A stretch of 63,480 nucleotides of DNA, filler included, from Octopus bimaculoides (lineage: Eukaryota), in the NCBI RefSeq assembly GCF_001194135.2. It is 7 parts of 5 records of this genome, joined end to end, with 100 filler letters (N's around TTAATTAATTAA, not from the genome) between each part and the next. Parts side by side here need not be neighbours in the genome. Positions count along the whole stretch, not along the records: positions 50,862 to 54,285 come from NC_068990.1; positions 54,386 to 59,723 come from NC_069003.1; positions 59,824 to 62,160 come from NW_026436906.1; positions 62,261 to 63,480 come from NW_026340408.1; 3 more parts are not named here. One strand, given 5' to 3'. Below, piece after piece: positions 52,017-63,480 of this stretch. Under the pieces are notes generated by a model. It saw only the letters and a program-made list of their open reading frames with translations, had not been told where the DNA came from and searched no databases. The translations under genes were made by a program, and so were the position numbers. Every line of letters begins with the position of its first letter. Position 1 is the stretch's first letter.

Positions 52017-53050
52017 AAGGTGGCGAACTGGCAGAATCGTTAGCACGCCGAGAAAATTGCTTAGCGGCATTTCGTCCATATTTAGGTCGACTTTTCCTGT
52101 CATCCTTTCGGGGTCGATAAAGCAAGTACCAGTTGAACACTAGGGTCAATGTAATCGACTTATCCTTTACTCCGAAATTGCTGGCCTTGTGCCAAAATTT
52201 GATACCATTATTATTGTTGCTGTTGTTAAGGTGGTGAGCTGGCAGAATCGTTAACACGCCGGGCAGAATGCTTCACGGCATTTCGTCTGTTTTTTTATCT
52301 TCTGAGCAAATCAATGCACTAGGCCCTATAGTATTTATTTATTGACAGAAAGGCACAACATGCATCGATCAGAATTAGGCCCCTAAACTTGTGAGGCCCT
52401 CAGGCAACTGCCCATCGTGCCTAAACCTTAAGATGGTTCTAGCTGAACGAATAGAAGGAATAAAAGTTGTGGTGGAGGATTTAAAGAGTGAGCGTTAGCA
52501 GGTGTCCGGAAGAAATCGGTAATATTACTTCTTGATCTAGTGAAGGCGCGTGGCTTAGTGGTTAGGGCATTCGGTTCGCGATCGTAAGGTCGTAAGGTCA
52601 ATTCCCGGCGACGCGTTGTGTCCTTGAGCAAGACACTTTATTTCACGTTGCTCCAGTGCACTCAGCTGACAAAAATGAGTAGTACCTGTATTTCAAAGGG
52701 CCAGCCTTATCACACTCTGTGTCACGCTGAATCTCCCTGAGAACTACGTTAGGGGTACACGTGTCTGTGGAGTGCTCAGTCACTTGCACGTTAATTTCAC
52801 GAGCAAGCTGTTCCGTTGATCGTATCACTTCTTGATCTAAGGCGGTGAGCTGGCGGAATCGTTAGCACGCCGGGTAACATGCATAGTAGCATTTCGTCCG
52901 TCCTTACGTTCTGAGTTCAAATTCAGCCAAGGTTGACAATGTCTGTCGTCCTTTTGGGGTCGATAAATTAAATACCAGTCGAACACGAGGGTCGTTGTAA
53001 TCGACTTAGTCCTCACCCGAAATTGCTGGCCTTGAGCCAAAATTTGAAAC
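52017..53050 (+). mobile_element. SINE cluster: B (52017-52205), B head (52228-52290), C (52540-52826), B (52840-53050)
   Basis: Homology to the families above. C is flanked by TSD acttcttgatcta (52527-52539 / 52827-52839). Confidence 0.82.
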
Positions 53051-53782
53051 CACAATTACTTCTGGACCTACATCTCCAAAGAATCATGGGTGGCATACGG
53101 GTTCGTTCGTCATCTAGTAGAATAAGAACCGTCGCTTTGCTGCAGAGAACCCGGCGAGATTTGCAGACGAATCAATAGAACTCAGACTGTCTGTCCAGTG
53201 ACTTCGGTCCCAGAGTATATGGCACAATCCAGAAAGTTGGTGGGGGGCGGGTAGACATCAAATGAATATCGAATGTAAATTTGGAGGTGTGAGAGACACC
53301 GTAAGAAGCAACCACAAGATTTGTTTTGTTTTTTAGTCCAGTATGAAAGCGGTGCTTATGTCCCTTTACAGGGCTCCCGAGGCTGGTGGAAGAGAGAAAC
53401 ACACCTTCAAACAGGAGACCTGGCCTGAAAGCTTGTAATAGAGTGGACCCCGCAAACGGCTACCAAAAACTAGGCTGGTTGTAATCTTAAACTGGGTGAT
53501 GGGTCGAATCTACTAACCAAGTAAGGGACAGTAGGATTGAACATAAAATGCAAAGAGTCGAAACACGTACCCCAAGCTCTAAAGTATGGATGTAGGTATG
53601 TATGTATGTATGTATGTGTATGTTTAAATATACGCAAAGAAACGCGTACGCAGACATATAGATACATACAAACACAGAATATATGCACGTATACACATAC
53701 ACACAGACACACACGTACACATGTGCACACACAAATATATACATATATGCGCATCATATATATATGTATATATGTATATACT

Positions 53783-53878
<96 letters not shown>

Positions 53879-53894
53879 GTTTCGGGTATATACA

Positions 53895-54522
53895 CATGGT
53901 TCCGGGTTCAGTCCCACTGCGTGGCACCTTGGGCAAGTGTCTTCCACTATACCCTCGGCCGACGGGCCGACCAAAGCCTTGTGAATGGATTTGATACATG
54001 GGAACTGAAAGAACCCATCGTATACATATATATATATATATTTGTGTGCCCGTGTTTGTCCCCCTCACAATCACTTGACAACCGATGTTGGTGTGTAAGG
54101 GGGGAGGGTTTCTAGCACCGTAATTTTCGGTTCTGCAAAAGAAGCCAACAAAATAAGTACTAGGCTTACAAAGAATAAGTCCTGGGCGTCGATTTGTTCG
54201 AATAAAGGCGGTGCTCCAGCATTGCCGAAGTCAAATGACTGGTACAAGTAAAAGAATAAAATAGACTATATACATACATACATACNNNNNNNNNNNNNNN
54301 NNNNNNNNNNNNNNNNNNNNNNNNNNNNNTTAATTAATTAANNNNNNNNNNNNNNNNNNNNNNNNNNNNNNNNNNNNNNNNNNNNCCCTGGGACTTATTT
54401 TCTTTTAAGCCTGGCACTTATTCTATCGAACTCTTTTGCCGAACCGATAGGTTACGGGGACGTAAACACACGAACACCGGTTGCCAAGCGGTAGTCGGAG
54501 ACAAACACAAGTATAGCTACAC

Positions 54523-54559
<37 letters not shown>

Positions 54560-54716
54560 CGGGCTTCTTTCAGTTTCCGTCTACCAAATGCACTCACAAA
54601 GCTTTGGTCGGCCCGAGGTTTTAGTTGAAGACACTTTCCTGAGGTGCCACGCAGTGGGACTGAACCCGGAACCATGTGATTGGGAAGCAAGCTTCTTACC
54701 ACACAGCCACGCCTAC
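53895..54716. mobile_element. Two composite A-(TA)n-D SINEs in tail-to-tail inverted orientation across a gap
   Basis: A+D on plus at 53895-54265; D+A on minus at 54386-54716. Confidence 0.78.
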
Positions 54717-55487
54717 CTAGTATGCTTAACTAAATAAAACCTGTCCCGTATCACAACACTGAATTTATCGGACACGCACCGCCAGACATCGTCTCACCCA
54801 ATACGACTTAAAAACCCCTAAACACCACCACCACAACCACCACCACCATCACCAACCAACTTTCATTGACACTTCTGCACCTTTCTAACCTTTCACTAAC
54901 TCCCGAATCTGATTCTTCTCATTCTCATATATGTCTTCCACCCTTGTTTCTGGCGTTTCCTTCTTGATGTATTTTACTGTTCTTGTTCTTGTTCTTGTTC
55001 TTTTGCCCTGAGTTAGACTTGCAAGTGGAGGCGGCGATGGTGGTGGCTATGGTGGTGGTGGTGGGGGAATAACCATTTCAACCTTCCATTGTTTCTTTGC
55101 TTTTTTTTGTTTTTAATTTCTACTATTTCTTTCTTTTTCTTATTCTTTCTTTCCTATCTTTCTTTTAATTCATTCTCACTTTGTTTATCTCTTCTTTTTT
55201 TCTTTTCTTTCGTATATATATATATATCATTTCTTTCTTTCTTTCTTCATGTACGCAAGTATTTATCCCTGCCAAGCCCTCCACCCCCACCTCACCCGCT
55301 CACCGCTAACATTTAGGGCACAGTTTTTATCACCCTGTTCTGTCTTTTAACAAAACCCCTTTTTGTTATTAAGAAATTAATAGCGGTTTTTGTTGAAGTA
55401 TCTTTAGTAAATAAATTTTTTCATTGTACATCGAGAATTCTATGTATTTCTCTGCCAGTCCGTCTTATCTGTCTGTCTGTCTCCCTC

Positions 55488-55526
<39 letters not shown>

Positions 55527-57137
55527 GTTTGTCTCTCTCTCTTCCTCGGTTTGTCTCTCTCTCTTTCTCGATTTGTCTCTCTCTCTTTCTCGGTTTCTCT
55601 CTCTCTCTCCTCTCTTCTTTGTCTGTCTGCCTCTCTGTCTCATTGTAACCACCACCACCACCACCACCACCATCATCAACAACATTATCATCGTCACCAC
55701 CATCATTATAATGATTGGGTGATTCCTTAGTGTGATGGCTTGCAATCCATCGCTCTTGACACAATAACAAAAATCGCCAAGTGACTGACTGTCCTCATTC
55801 TTTTGGTGGTGGTGGTGGTGGTGGTGGCGGGGAACCAAAATAATGTCTGAAATTTATTGAGCTTGTGTCTTTTACTTATTTCAGTCATTTGACTGCGGCC
55901 ATGCTGGTTGATAAGCAAACTACTTACCACACAGCCGCGGGTTTTGCTTCTGATAGGCAATGATATATTGTAGGGAAAAGAAACAGAAATTAAGATTCTG
56001 TAAAATTTCTATTATTTGTGATTTTGATAGACTTTTCAGAGAATTTGATATTCTCAGGTCGACAGTATTTTTCAGAGGATTTGGGCAGCAACCACGAAAA
56101 CAATATTTTGTTGTAATAGTTTTAGATTTCCTGATATTTAGCCATAGTGTTTAAGAGGGTCGTATGTTATTATTCCCAATGCTCCAATAATCACGGGTAC
56201 ACACATATGTATAAATATATGTGTGTGTATTTACAAATATATATATATATATANNNNNNNNNNNNNNNNNNNNNNNNNNNNNNNNNNNNNNNNNNNNNNN
56301 NNNNNNNNNNNNNNNNNNNNNNNNNNNNNNNNNNNNNNNNNNNNNNNNNNNNNNNNNNNNNNNNNNNNNNNNNNNNNNNNNNNNNNNNNNNNNNNNNNNN
56401 NNNNNNNNNNNNNNNNNNNNNNNNNNNNNNNNNNNNNNNNNNNNNNNNNNNNNNNNNNNNNNNNNNNNNNNNNNNNNNNNNNNNNNNNNNNNNNNNNNNN
56501 NNNNNNNNNNNNNNNNNNNNNNNNNNNNNNNNNNNNNNNNNNNNNNNNNNNNNNNNNNNNNNNNNNNNNNNNNNNNNNNNNNNNNNNNNNNNNNNNNNNN
56601 NNNNNNNNNNNNNNNNNNNNNNNNNNNNNNNNNNNNNNNNNNNNNNNNNNNNNNNNNNNNNNNNNNNNNNNNNNNNNNNNNNNNNNNNNNNNNNNNNNNN
56701 NNNNNNNNNNNNNNNNNNNNNNNNNNNNNNNNNNNNNNNNNNNNNNNNNNNNNNNNNNNNNNNNNNNNNNNNNNNNNNNNNNNNNNNNNNNNNNNNNNNN
56801 NNNNNNNNNNNNNNNNNNNNNNNNNNNNNNNNNNNNNNNNNNNNNNNNNNNNNNNNNNNNNNNNNNNNNNNNNNNNNATATGTATGTATTGCATAGACAC
56901 ACATAGTGAGACTGTTCTGAGAGAGCCTGTGCTGTCTTGTATAGAAATACAACATTCAATTACCTTGCCATTGTTTAAATGTATATTTTTATAGCTTTGC
57001 TGCTGTTGTTCTGTTCTCTTTATTTATTCTCGGAGGCAAAAGCATCAATAAAAATAAATAGCATCAACCTTCTTAAACAACATCTGTCATTTGAATCATG
57101 TACAACGACGAACATCATTCTCTCTCTCCCACCTCTC

Positions 57138-57194
<57 letters not shown>

Positions 57195-58214
57195 AATATA
57201 TTTATGTGTGTGTGTGCATGTAGAGATATTACCTATGTATCTAATTATCTATCTCCCTCTCTCACTCTGTGTACATATACATACTTACACATACAGATGT
57301 GTGTGCACACAGAGAAACGCACACACATCTATCTATATATATATGTGTATGTATGTATGTATATATATANNNNNNNNNNNNNNNNNNNNNNNNNNNNNNN
57401 NNNNNNNNNNNNNNNNNNNNNNNNNNNNNNNNNNNNNNNNNNNNNNNNNNNNNNNNNNNNNNNNNNNNNNNNNNNNNNNNNNNNNNNNNNNNNNNNNNNN
57501 NNNNNNNNNNNNNNNNNNNNNNNNNNNNNNNNNNNNNNNNNNNNNNNNNNNNNNNNNNNNNNNNNNNNNNNNNNNNNNNNNNNNNNNNNNNNNNNNNNNN
57601 NNNNNNNNNNNNNNNNNNNNNNNNNNNNNNNNNNNNNNNNNNNNNNNNNNNNNNNNNNNNNNNNNNNNNNNNNNNNNNNNNNNNNNNNNNNNNNNNNNNN
57701 NNNNNNNNNNNNNNNNNNNNNNNNNNNNNNNNNNNNNNNNNNNNNNNNNNNNNNNNNNNNNNNNNNNNNNNNNNNNNNNNNNNNNNNNNNNNNNNNNNNN
57801 NNNNNNNNNNNNNNNNNNNNNNNNNNNNNNNNNNNNNNNNNNNNNNNNNNNNNNNNNNNNNNNNNNNNNNNNNNNNNNNNNNNNNNNNNNNNNNNNNNNN
57901 NNNNNNNNNNNNNNNNNNNNNNNNNNNNNNNNNNNNNNNNNNNNNNNNNNNNNNNNNNNNNNNNNNNNNNNNNNNNNNNNNNNNNNNNNNNNNNNNNNNN
58001 NNNNNNNNNNNNNNNNNNNNNNNNNNNNNNNNNNNNNNNNNNNNNNNNNNNNNNNNNNNNNNNNNNNNNNNNNNNNNNNNNNNNNNNNNNNNNNNNNNNN
58101 NNNNNNNNNNNNNNNNNNNNNNNNNNNNNNNNNNNNNNNNNNNNNNNNNNNNNNNNNNNNNNNNNNNNNNNNNNNNNNNNNNNNNNNNNNNTATATATGT
58201 ATATATATACACAC

Positions 58215-58274
<60 letters not shown>

Positions 58275-58829
58275 TATCTACATGCCTATCTATTAGTTTA
58301 TATGTATGTATGTATTTAACTATGCGTTTGTATGTCCGTGTGATGTATGTAGGTGCGTGTATGTAAGTGAAATAGAAGGGAGTTAAACAAAAAGAGGGAA
58401 AAACAAAGAAGGAAAAAACAAAGGAGCGTTTTGTTTTATGATTACAGAGAAATAGACTGTGAAACCATGACAACACACATACATATATAGACAAATTAAA
58501 ACTCAAACTCACACACATACATTATCATGCACACAGGCATATATATACTCAAATATATATATATCCTGAAGCTTACATACAATTACACAGATAGGCACAT
58601 TTATACATATACAATCACACATTACATGCACAATCGCTTATACGAATATATATATGTATGTCTGTGTGAGATTTCATAGGTGCGTGTATGGGAAATACAG
58701 AGTGTTTACATGCATGTATATATGTATATATGTATGAATGTATGTATGTATGTATTATGCATGTATGTATGTATGTATCTATCTATATGTCTGTCTGTCT
58801 ATTCATGCATGCATGCATATGTGTATGTA

Positions 58830-58871
<42 letters not shown>

Positions 58872-59397
58872 AACGTGATGAGGTACACTATACCTGTCTC
58901 AGCCTTTTTCAGGTGACTTTAAAAATATAAAATGTTGTTCCTGCCAGTAACGGTCCTAGCTAACAGCCAGCAACTACTGCTGTTAATTACTATCAAGCAA
59001 CAACCAGAAAGAAATGAAATACAAGACCATGGGGTGATTTATAAGAAAATTATATGAATATGAAATTCTCTAAATGTTATAATGAGTAATTAAATCAATT
59101 TAATCTAACAGAATTTCTTTTATCTTTATTGCAGCATGACTAAATCGTCATTTTAAAGCGACTGAAATTGGTAGCCGCACTTTTAATAAAAATGGAAATA
59201 CTTTTTTTGCATTGTTTCAGGATAAAATTCTAAAGTAGTTCCCTCTTTTCATTTTTTTAATACACACACACACTCCGACAGAACACACACATATACATAC
59301 ATTCGTACGTACGTGCGTACAAACCATATATGCATACATATATATGTATATATATATATATTTATATATATATATATATATGTATATATATACACAC

Positions 59398-59457
<60 letters not shown>

Positions 59458-59849
59458 TATCTACATGCCTATCTATTAGTTTATATGTATGTATGTATTT
59501 AACTATGCGTTTGTATGTCCGTGTGATGTATGTAGGTGCGTGTATGTAAGTGAAATAGAAGGGAGTTAAACAAAAAGAGGGAAAAACAAAGAAGGAAAAA
59601 ACAAAGGAGCGTTTTGTTTTATGATTACAGAGAAATAGACTGTGAAACCATGACAACACACATACATATATAGACAAATTAAAACTCAAACTCACACACA
59701 TACATTATCATGCACACAGGCATNNNNNNNNNNNNNNNNNNNNNNNNNNNNNNNNNNNNNNNNNNNNTTAATTAATTAANNNNNNNNNNNNNNNNNNNNN
59801 NNNNNNNNNNNNNNNNNNNNNNNACAGACACACAGACATATAGATATAT

Positions 59850-60010
59850 TATATGATGGGCTTCTTTTAGTTTCCATGTACTAGATCCACCCACAAGGCT
59901 TTTGTCAACTTAAATGTATAGTAGAAGACACTTGCCCAAGGTGCCACAGTGGGATTGATCCAGGAACCAGGCAATTGTGAAACAAACTTCTTACCACACA
60001 GCCATGACTG
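59850..60010 (-). mobile_element. SINE family A
   Basis: gtagaagacacttgcccaaggtgccac...cttaccacacagcc. Confidence 0.72.
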
Positions 60011-60017
60011 CATCTAT

Positions 60018-60029
<12 letters not shown>

Positions 60030-60080
<51 letters not shown>

Positions 60081-60845
60081 TATATGTACATACATATATA
60101 TATATATGTACATACATATATATATATATGTACATACATATATATATATATGTNNNNNNNNNNNNNNNNNNNNNNNNNNNNNNNNNNNNNNNNNNNNNNN
60201 NNNNNNNNNNNNNNNNNNNNNNNNNNNNNNNNNNNNNNNNNNNNNNNNNNNNNNNNNNNNNNNNNNNNNNNNNNNNNNNNNNNNNNNNNNNNNNNNNNNN
60301 NNNNNNNNNNNNNNNNNNNNNNNNNNNNNNNNNNNNNNNNNNNNNNNNNNNNNNNNNNNNNNNNNNNNNNNNNNNNNNNNNNNNNNNNNNNNNNNNNNNN
60401 NNNNNNNNNNNNNNNNNNNNNNNNNNNNNNNNNNNNNNNNNNNNNNNNNNNNNNNNNNNNNNNNNNNNNNNNNNNNNNNNNNNNNNNNNNNNNNNNNNNN
60501 NNNNNNNNNNNNNNNNNNNNNNNNNNNNNNNNNNNNNNNNNNNNNNNNNNNNNNNNNNNNNNNNNNNNNNNNNNNNNNNNNNNNNNNNNNNNNNNNNNNN
60601 NNNNNNNNNNNNNNNNNNNNNNNNNNNNNNNNNNNNNNNNNNNNNNNNNNNNNNNNNNNNNNNNNNNNNNNNNNNNNNNNNNNNNNNNNNNNNNNNNNNN
60701 NNNNNNNNNNNNNNNNNNNNNNNNNNNNNNNNNNNNNNNNNNNNNNNNNNNNNNNNNNNNNNNNNNNNNNNNATATATATATATATATATGTACATACAT
60801 ATATATATATATGTACATACATATATATATATATACATACATATA

Positions 60846-60888
<43 letters not shown>

Positions 60889-60936
60889 ACATACATATAT
60901 ATATATATATATATGTACATACATATATATATATAT

Positions 60937-60969
<33 letters not shown>

Positions 60970-61000
60970 CATATATATGTATGTATATATTTATATATAC
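60030..61000 (+). repeat. (TA)nTGTACATACA minisatellite spanning a gap
   Basis: ~22-26 bp units on both sides of Ns 60154-60772. Confidence 0.85.
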
Positions 61001-61715
61001 ATTCTCTCCTTTATTTTAATATGTAGCACTACATTGTTTAATATACCCTTCTCTAATTTATTACAATAGAGTGTGGGGAAACTCAGCTGCTATTTTTAGC
61101 ATGGCGCATGACAGCACAGAGTCCTTCTCTCATTGGCTCGATATAAACTTGGCCGTTGCTGTTGCTTAGCCTCGTATCGGCCATGATGAAACCAAAGCCA
61201 ACGACTAATGGCGTTCCAAGAGTGACCACCACCGTTCCTTGTTTTTGCATACCAGGAACTGACATAGACCAATGTTTTCGTTTACAGGAGACAGCAGGCT
61301 GTGAATTGAGGGAGATTTTAGCGCCGTTTCCACCTCGTTAAGAGGTACCAAATAGAAGCTTCTTTTTTTTTCTTCTCTGCTGAACAAAGAGAACAGCCAT
61401 CCTGCAGTGATGTCACTTTGCAGCGGGTTTGTGGGGAGAGGGCAGGCGGGAGAAAATTATCATTAAGTAGCAACATAGCAGCAGATACTCTGCTCTTCCA
61501 CCCCAATGCAACAAGCTTTACTCGTCCATAAACTTTACATTTATAGTCTTTTAAAGAGGGCGAAGACGCTGTGAGTGATGAAATATTTGCTTAATTATAT
61601 AGGGAGAGAGCTGGCTTTTTATGAGATATGACACCGTGTGAGAAGTGAGATACGAGCTAAAACTGATAGTGTGAGTGAGATAGATTGCAAGTGGGAAGCC
61701 AGGATAGTTTCGGTT

Positions 61716-61747
<32 letters not shown>

Positions 61748-61831
61748 GTATGTACATATGTGCATATGCATTCATATTTAATTAGATTTAAATGTAATTA
61801 CTATAAGCTCATTGATAATAAAAATATCACC

Positions 61832-61877
<46 letters not shown>

Positions 61878-62389
61878 ATACAAAGAATATATATGCATGT
61901 ATACACACACATATGTACATACTTACATCTACATGTGTATATAGATGCATATCAGGGTACAGGACATCAGAACAATGAACTACAGACCACGGAACGAACA
62001 CATAGGAGAACAGATAACCACTTGGAATTAATCCTTCGTCAGCTGCCTCTATTCTAACTAGACGTTTCGAATATATATATATATATATATATATGCTCAC
62101 ATCATACACACTCACACGATGTTAATGCTTGCCTTTCTGTCCAGTTATAATAAAGGCAATNNNNNNNNNNNNNNNNNNNNNNNNNNNNNNNNNNNNNNNN
62201 NNNNTTAATTAATTAANNNNNNNNNNNNNNNNNNNNNNNNNNNNNNNNNNNNNNNNNNNNTCGGATCAACTGGAACCTTCGACGTCGTAAGCGACGGAGT
62301 GCCAACAATAGATATTCTATGTCTAAAAACAAAGAGATAATTATAGCTAGAATGCTGTTGATCATACTAACTCGGTGTGGATCTTCTAA

Positions 62390-62620
62390 ATCAGCAGTTC
62401 TCAGCCAATTTTCTCCTAGGGACCCCTTTGACCCCTCTTTTACTCGGCTGGACCCTCATAACCATCCAATGCTTTAAAAAGTCCTATTATATCTTTATAA
62501 TCAAATATGATTAGGAATTATATAAAACATTGTTATATTTTGTCTATTGTAGGAATATAAACATTAATTGTAGAAAACTTATGTGGATTCTGAGGGTCAT
62601 ATGAACCCTGGTTGAAGCTA
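62390..62620. mobile_element. hAT-like MITE relic
   Basis: tctaaat-cagcagttctcagcc...gggacccctttgacccct. Confidence 0.6.
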
Positions 62621-62684
62621 AACCCATCATAACGACGACGACCCATATGAAATTAAACTGAACTGACTAATCATCCAGTCGTCG

Positions 62685-62997
62685 GTGAATGCGCGTGGCT
62701 TACTGGTTGGGATGTTCGGCTCACGATCGTTTGGTCGTGAGTTCGATTCCTGGTGTCGCGTTACCAGGCACTTTATTTCACGTTGCTACAGTCCACTCAG
62801 TTGACAAAAATATGTTGTACCTCTAATTCAAATGGCCAGCCTCGCCACATGTTATATTACAATGAATCTCCCTGAGAGCTATTGAAGAGTACGTGTGCCT
62901 TTGGAATGCTCAGCAACATGCACGTTAATTTCACAAGTTGGCTGCTCAGTTGATTGGATCAACTGAAACACCCATCGTCATAACCGAGAGAGTGCCA
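62685..62997 (+). mobile_element. SINE family C, diverged
   Basis: gtgaatgcgcgtggcttactggttggg...gagttcgattcc head; tail accgagagagtgcca. Confidence 0.78.
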
Positions 62998-63480
62998 GCT
63001 TTGCTAGACGCCTGTCGGGTGGGTTGTTCCGTTAATTCAAAAGTTACAATCTTCCCACACACTCTCTGCTACACTACTTTTTCCTGAGCATTACTTTAAT
63101 AGACAGGCACAATTCCAAAGACACGTATACACGATAAGTCAGAAACAGGTTTTTCAGTTCATTGAAAGTCTCGTATCTCATCATCGAACGACGGAGATAC
63201 AACACCGTCAAAAACACAGTTCATTATCGTCTACTTAATTAAATATGTATAATTCTTCAAATAGTGACGTTAAATTAATCTCATCCGAAAGTTGCTTAAA
63301 TTAATTGGTAATTTACAGCAACCATAAGTTTATAGATATTTCTAATAAATAGATAGTTTATGCTTTATTGCATTAATTTTATATGTATACAAACTTTACG
63401 ATGTTATCTGGTCGCATAAACATGTAAACAAATATATATATATATATCTTTTATAGTTTCAGCTTAGAGTGCGGCCATGC

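Larger units (their letters stand above)
45000..62160. repeat. Microsatellite-dense domain: (TA)n, (CA)n, (CATA)n, (CT)n, (TATC)n, (AAT)n, (ACC)n, (ACG)n, with many gaps
   Basis: Directly visible. Explains the [12 protein letters not shown] pseudo-ORFs. Confidence 0.95.

Noticed and set aside
58191-59723. Near-exact ~350-bp duplication (58191-58540 vs ~59370-59723)
   Set aside because: Both copies abut gaps and microsatellites and appear identical, so an assembly overlap is most likely. Needs long reads.
758-61069. Long ORFs of 230-590 aa in the track
   Set aside because: They read through N runs (X) or dinucleotide repeats ([16 protein letters not shown]). 12601-14382 falsely fuses an off-frame piggyBac piece to the Gypsy integrase across a gap.
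28896-62260. TTAATTAATTAA embedded in short N runs (~28940, 45829, 50806, 54330, 59768, 62205)
   Set aside because: An identical all-frame-stop 12-mer centred in ~100-bp N blocks is a scaffolding linker, not biology. It is not a CRISPR repeat or piggyBac footprint. True gap sizes are unknown.
22640-62760. tRNA-like A/B boxes at several sites
   Set aside because: They are SINE heads continuing into repeat bodies. No complete cloverleaf tRNA gene was seen.
1-63480. CRISPR arrays, rRNA, prokaryotic operons or defence systems
   Set aside because: No regularly spaced repeat-spacer arrays, rRNA-like sequence or gene-dense tract. The sequence is spliceosomal-intron-type animal DNA.

Overview
Repeat-dense animal genomic DNA with many N gaps. 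The SINE families, RTE LINEs and (TA)n/(CA)n/(GAT)n landscape resemble an octopus or other coleoid cephalopod genome; this is an inference, not a database match. The only host gene I can support is an IWS1 homolog on the minus strand. Five phase-compatible GT-AG coding exons (22758-22797, 22090-22150, 19559-19758, 16403-16550, 15183-15265) encode the acidic region, the FxGF TND-interacting motif (TIM) and the start of the TFIIS-N-like domain. Its 5' and 3' exons are not visible. The downstream intron (>15 kb) is a nest of transposons: Penelope-like, RTE, mariner, and a Gypsy LTR element with a tRNA-Trp-type PBS that itself carries an RTE tail and a piggyBac inserted at TTAA. Beyond ~30 kb there are only SINEs, hAT MITEs, Tc1/mariner relics, microsatellites and gaps. 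Most interesting: (1) the piggyBac transposase N-terminus carries a TIM-like motif (FILSSSESEFEGF) with the same F-x8-FxGF spacing as the motif of the host IWS1 (FGSSDEDEEFEGF), suggesting mimicry of elongation-factor docking; (2) several long fold-back structures lie in or just 5' of the visible IWS1 exons; (3) CpG content shifts at ~29-30 kb; (4) there are two clean DNA-repair scars. Most long ORFs in the track are artefacts of N runs or microsatellites. Repeat boundaries are approximate unless a TSD or TIR is quoted.
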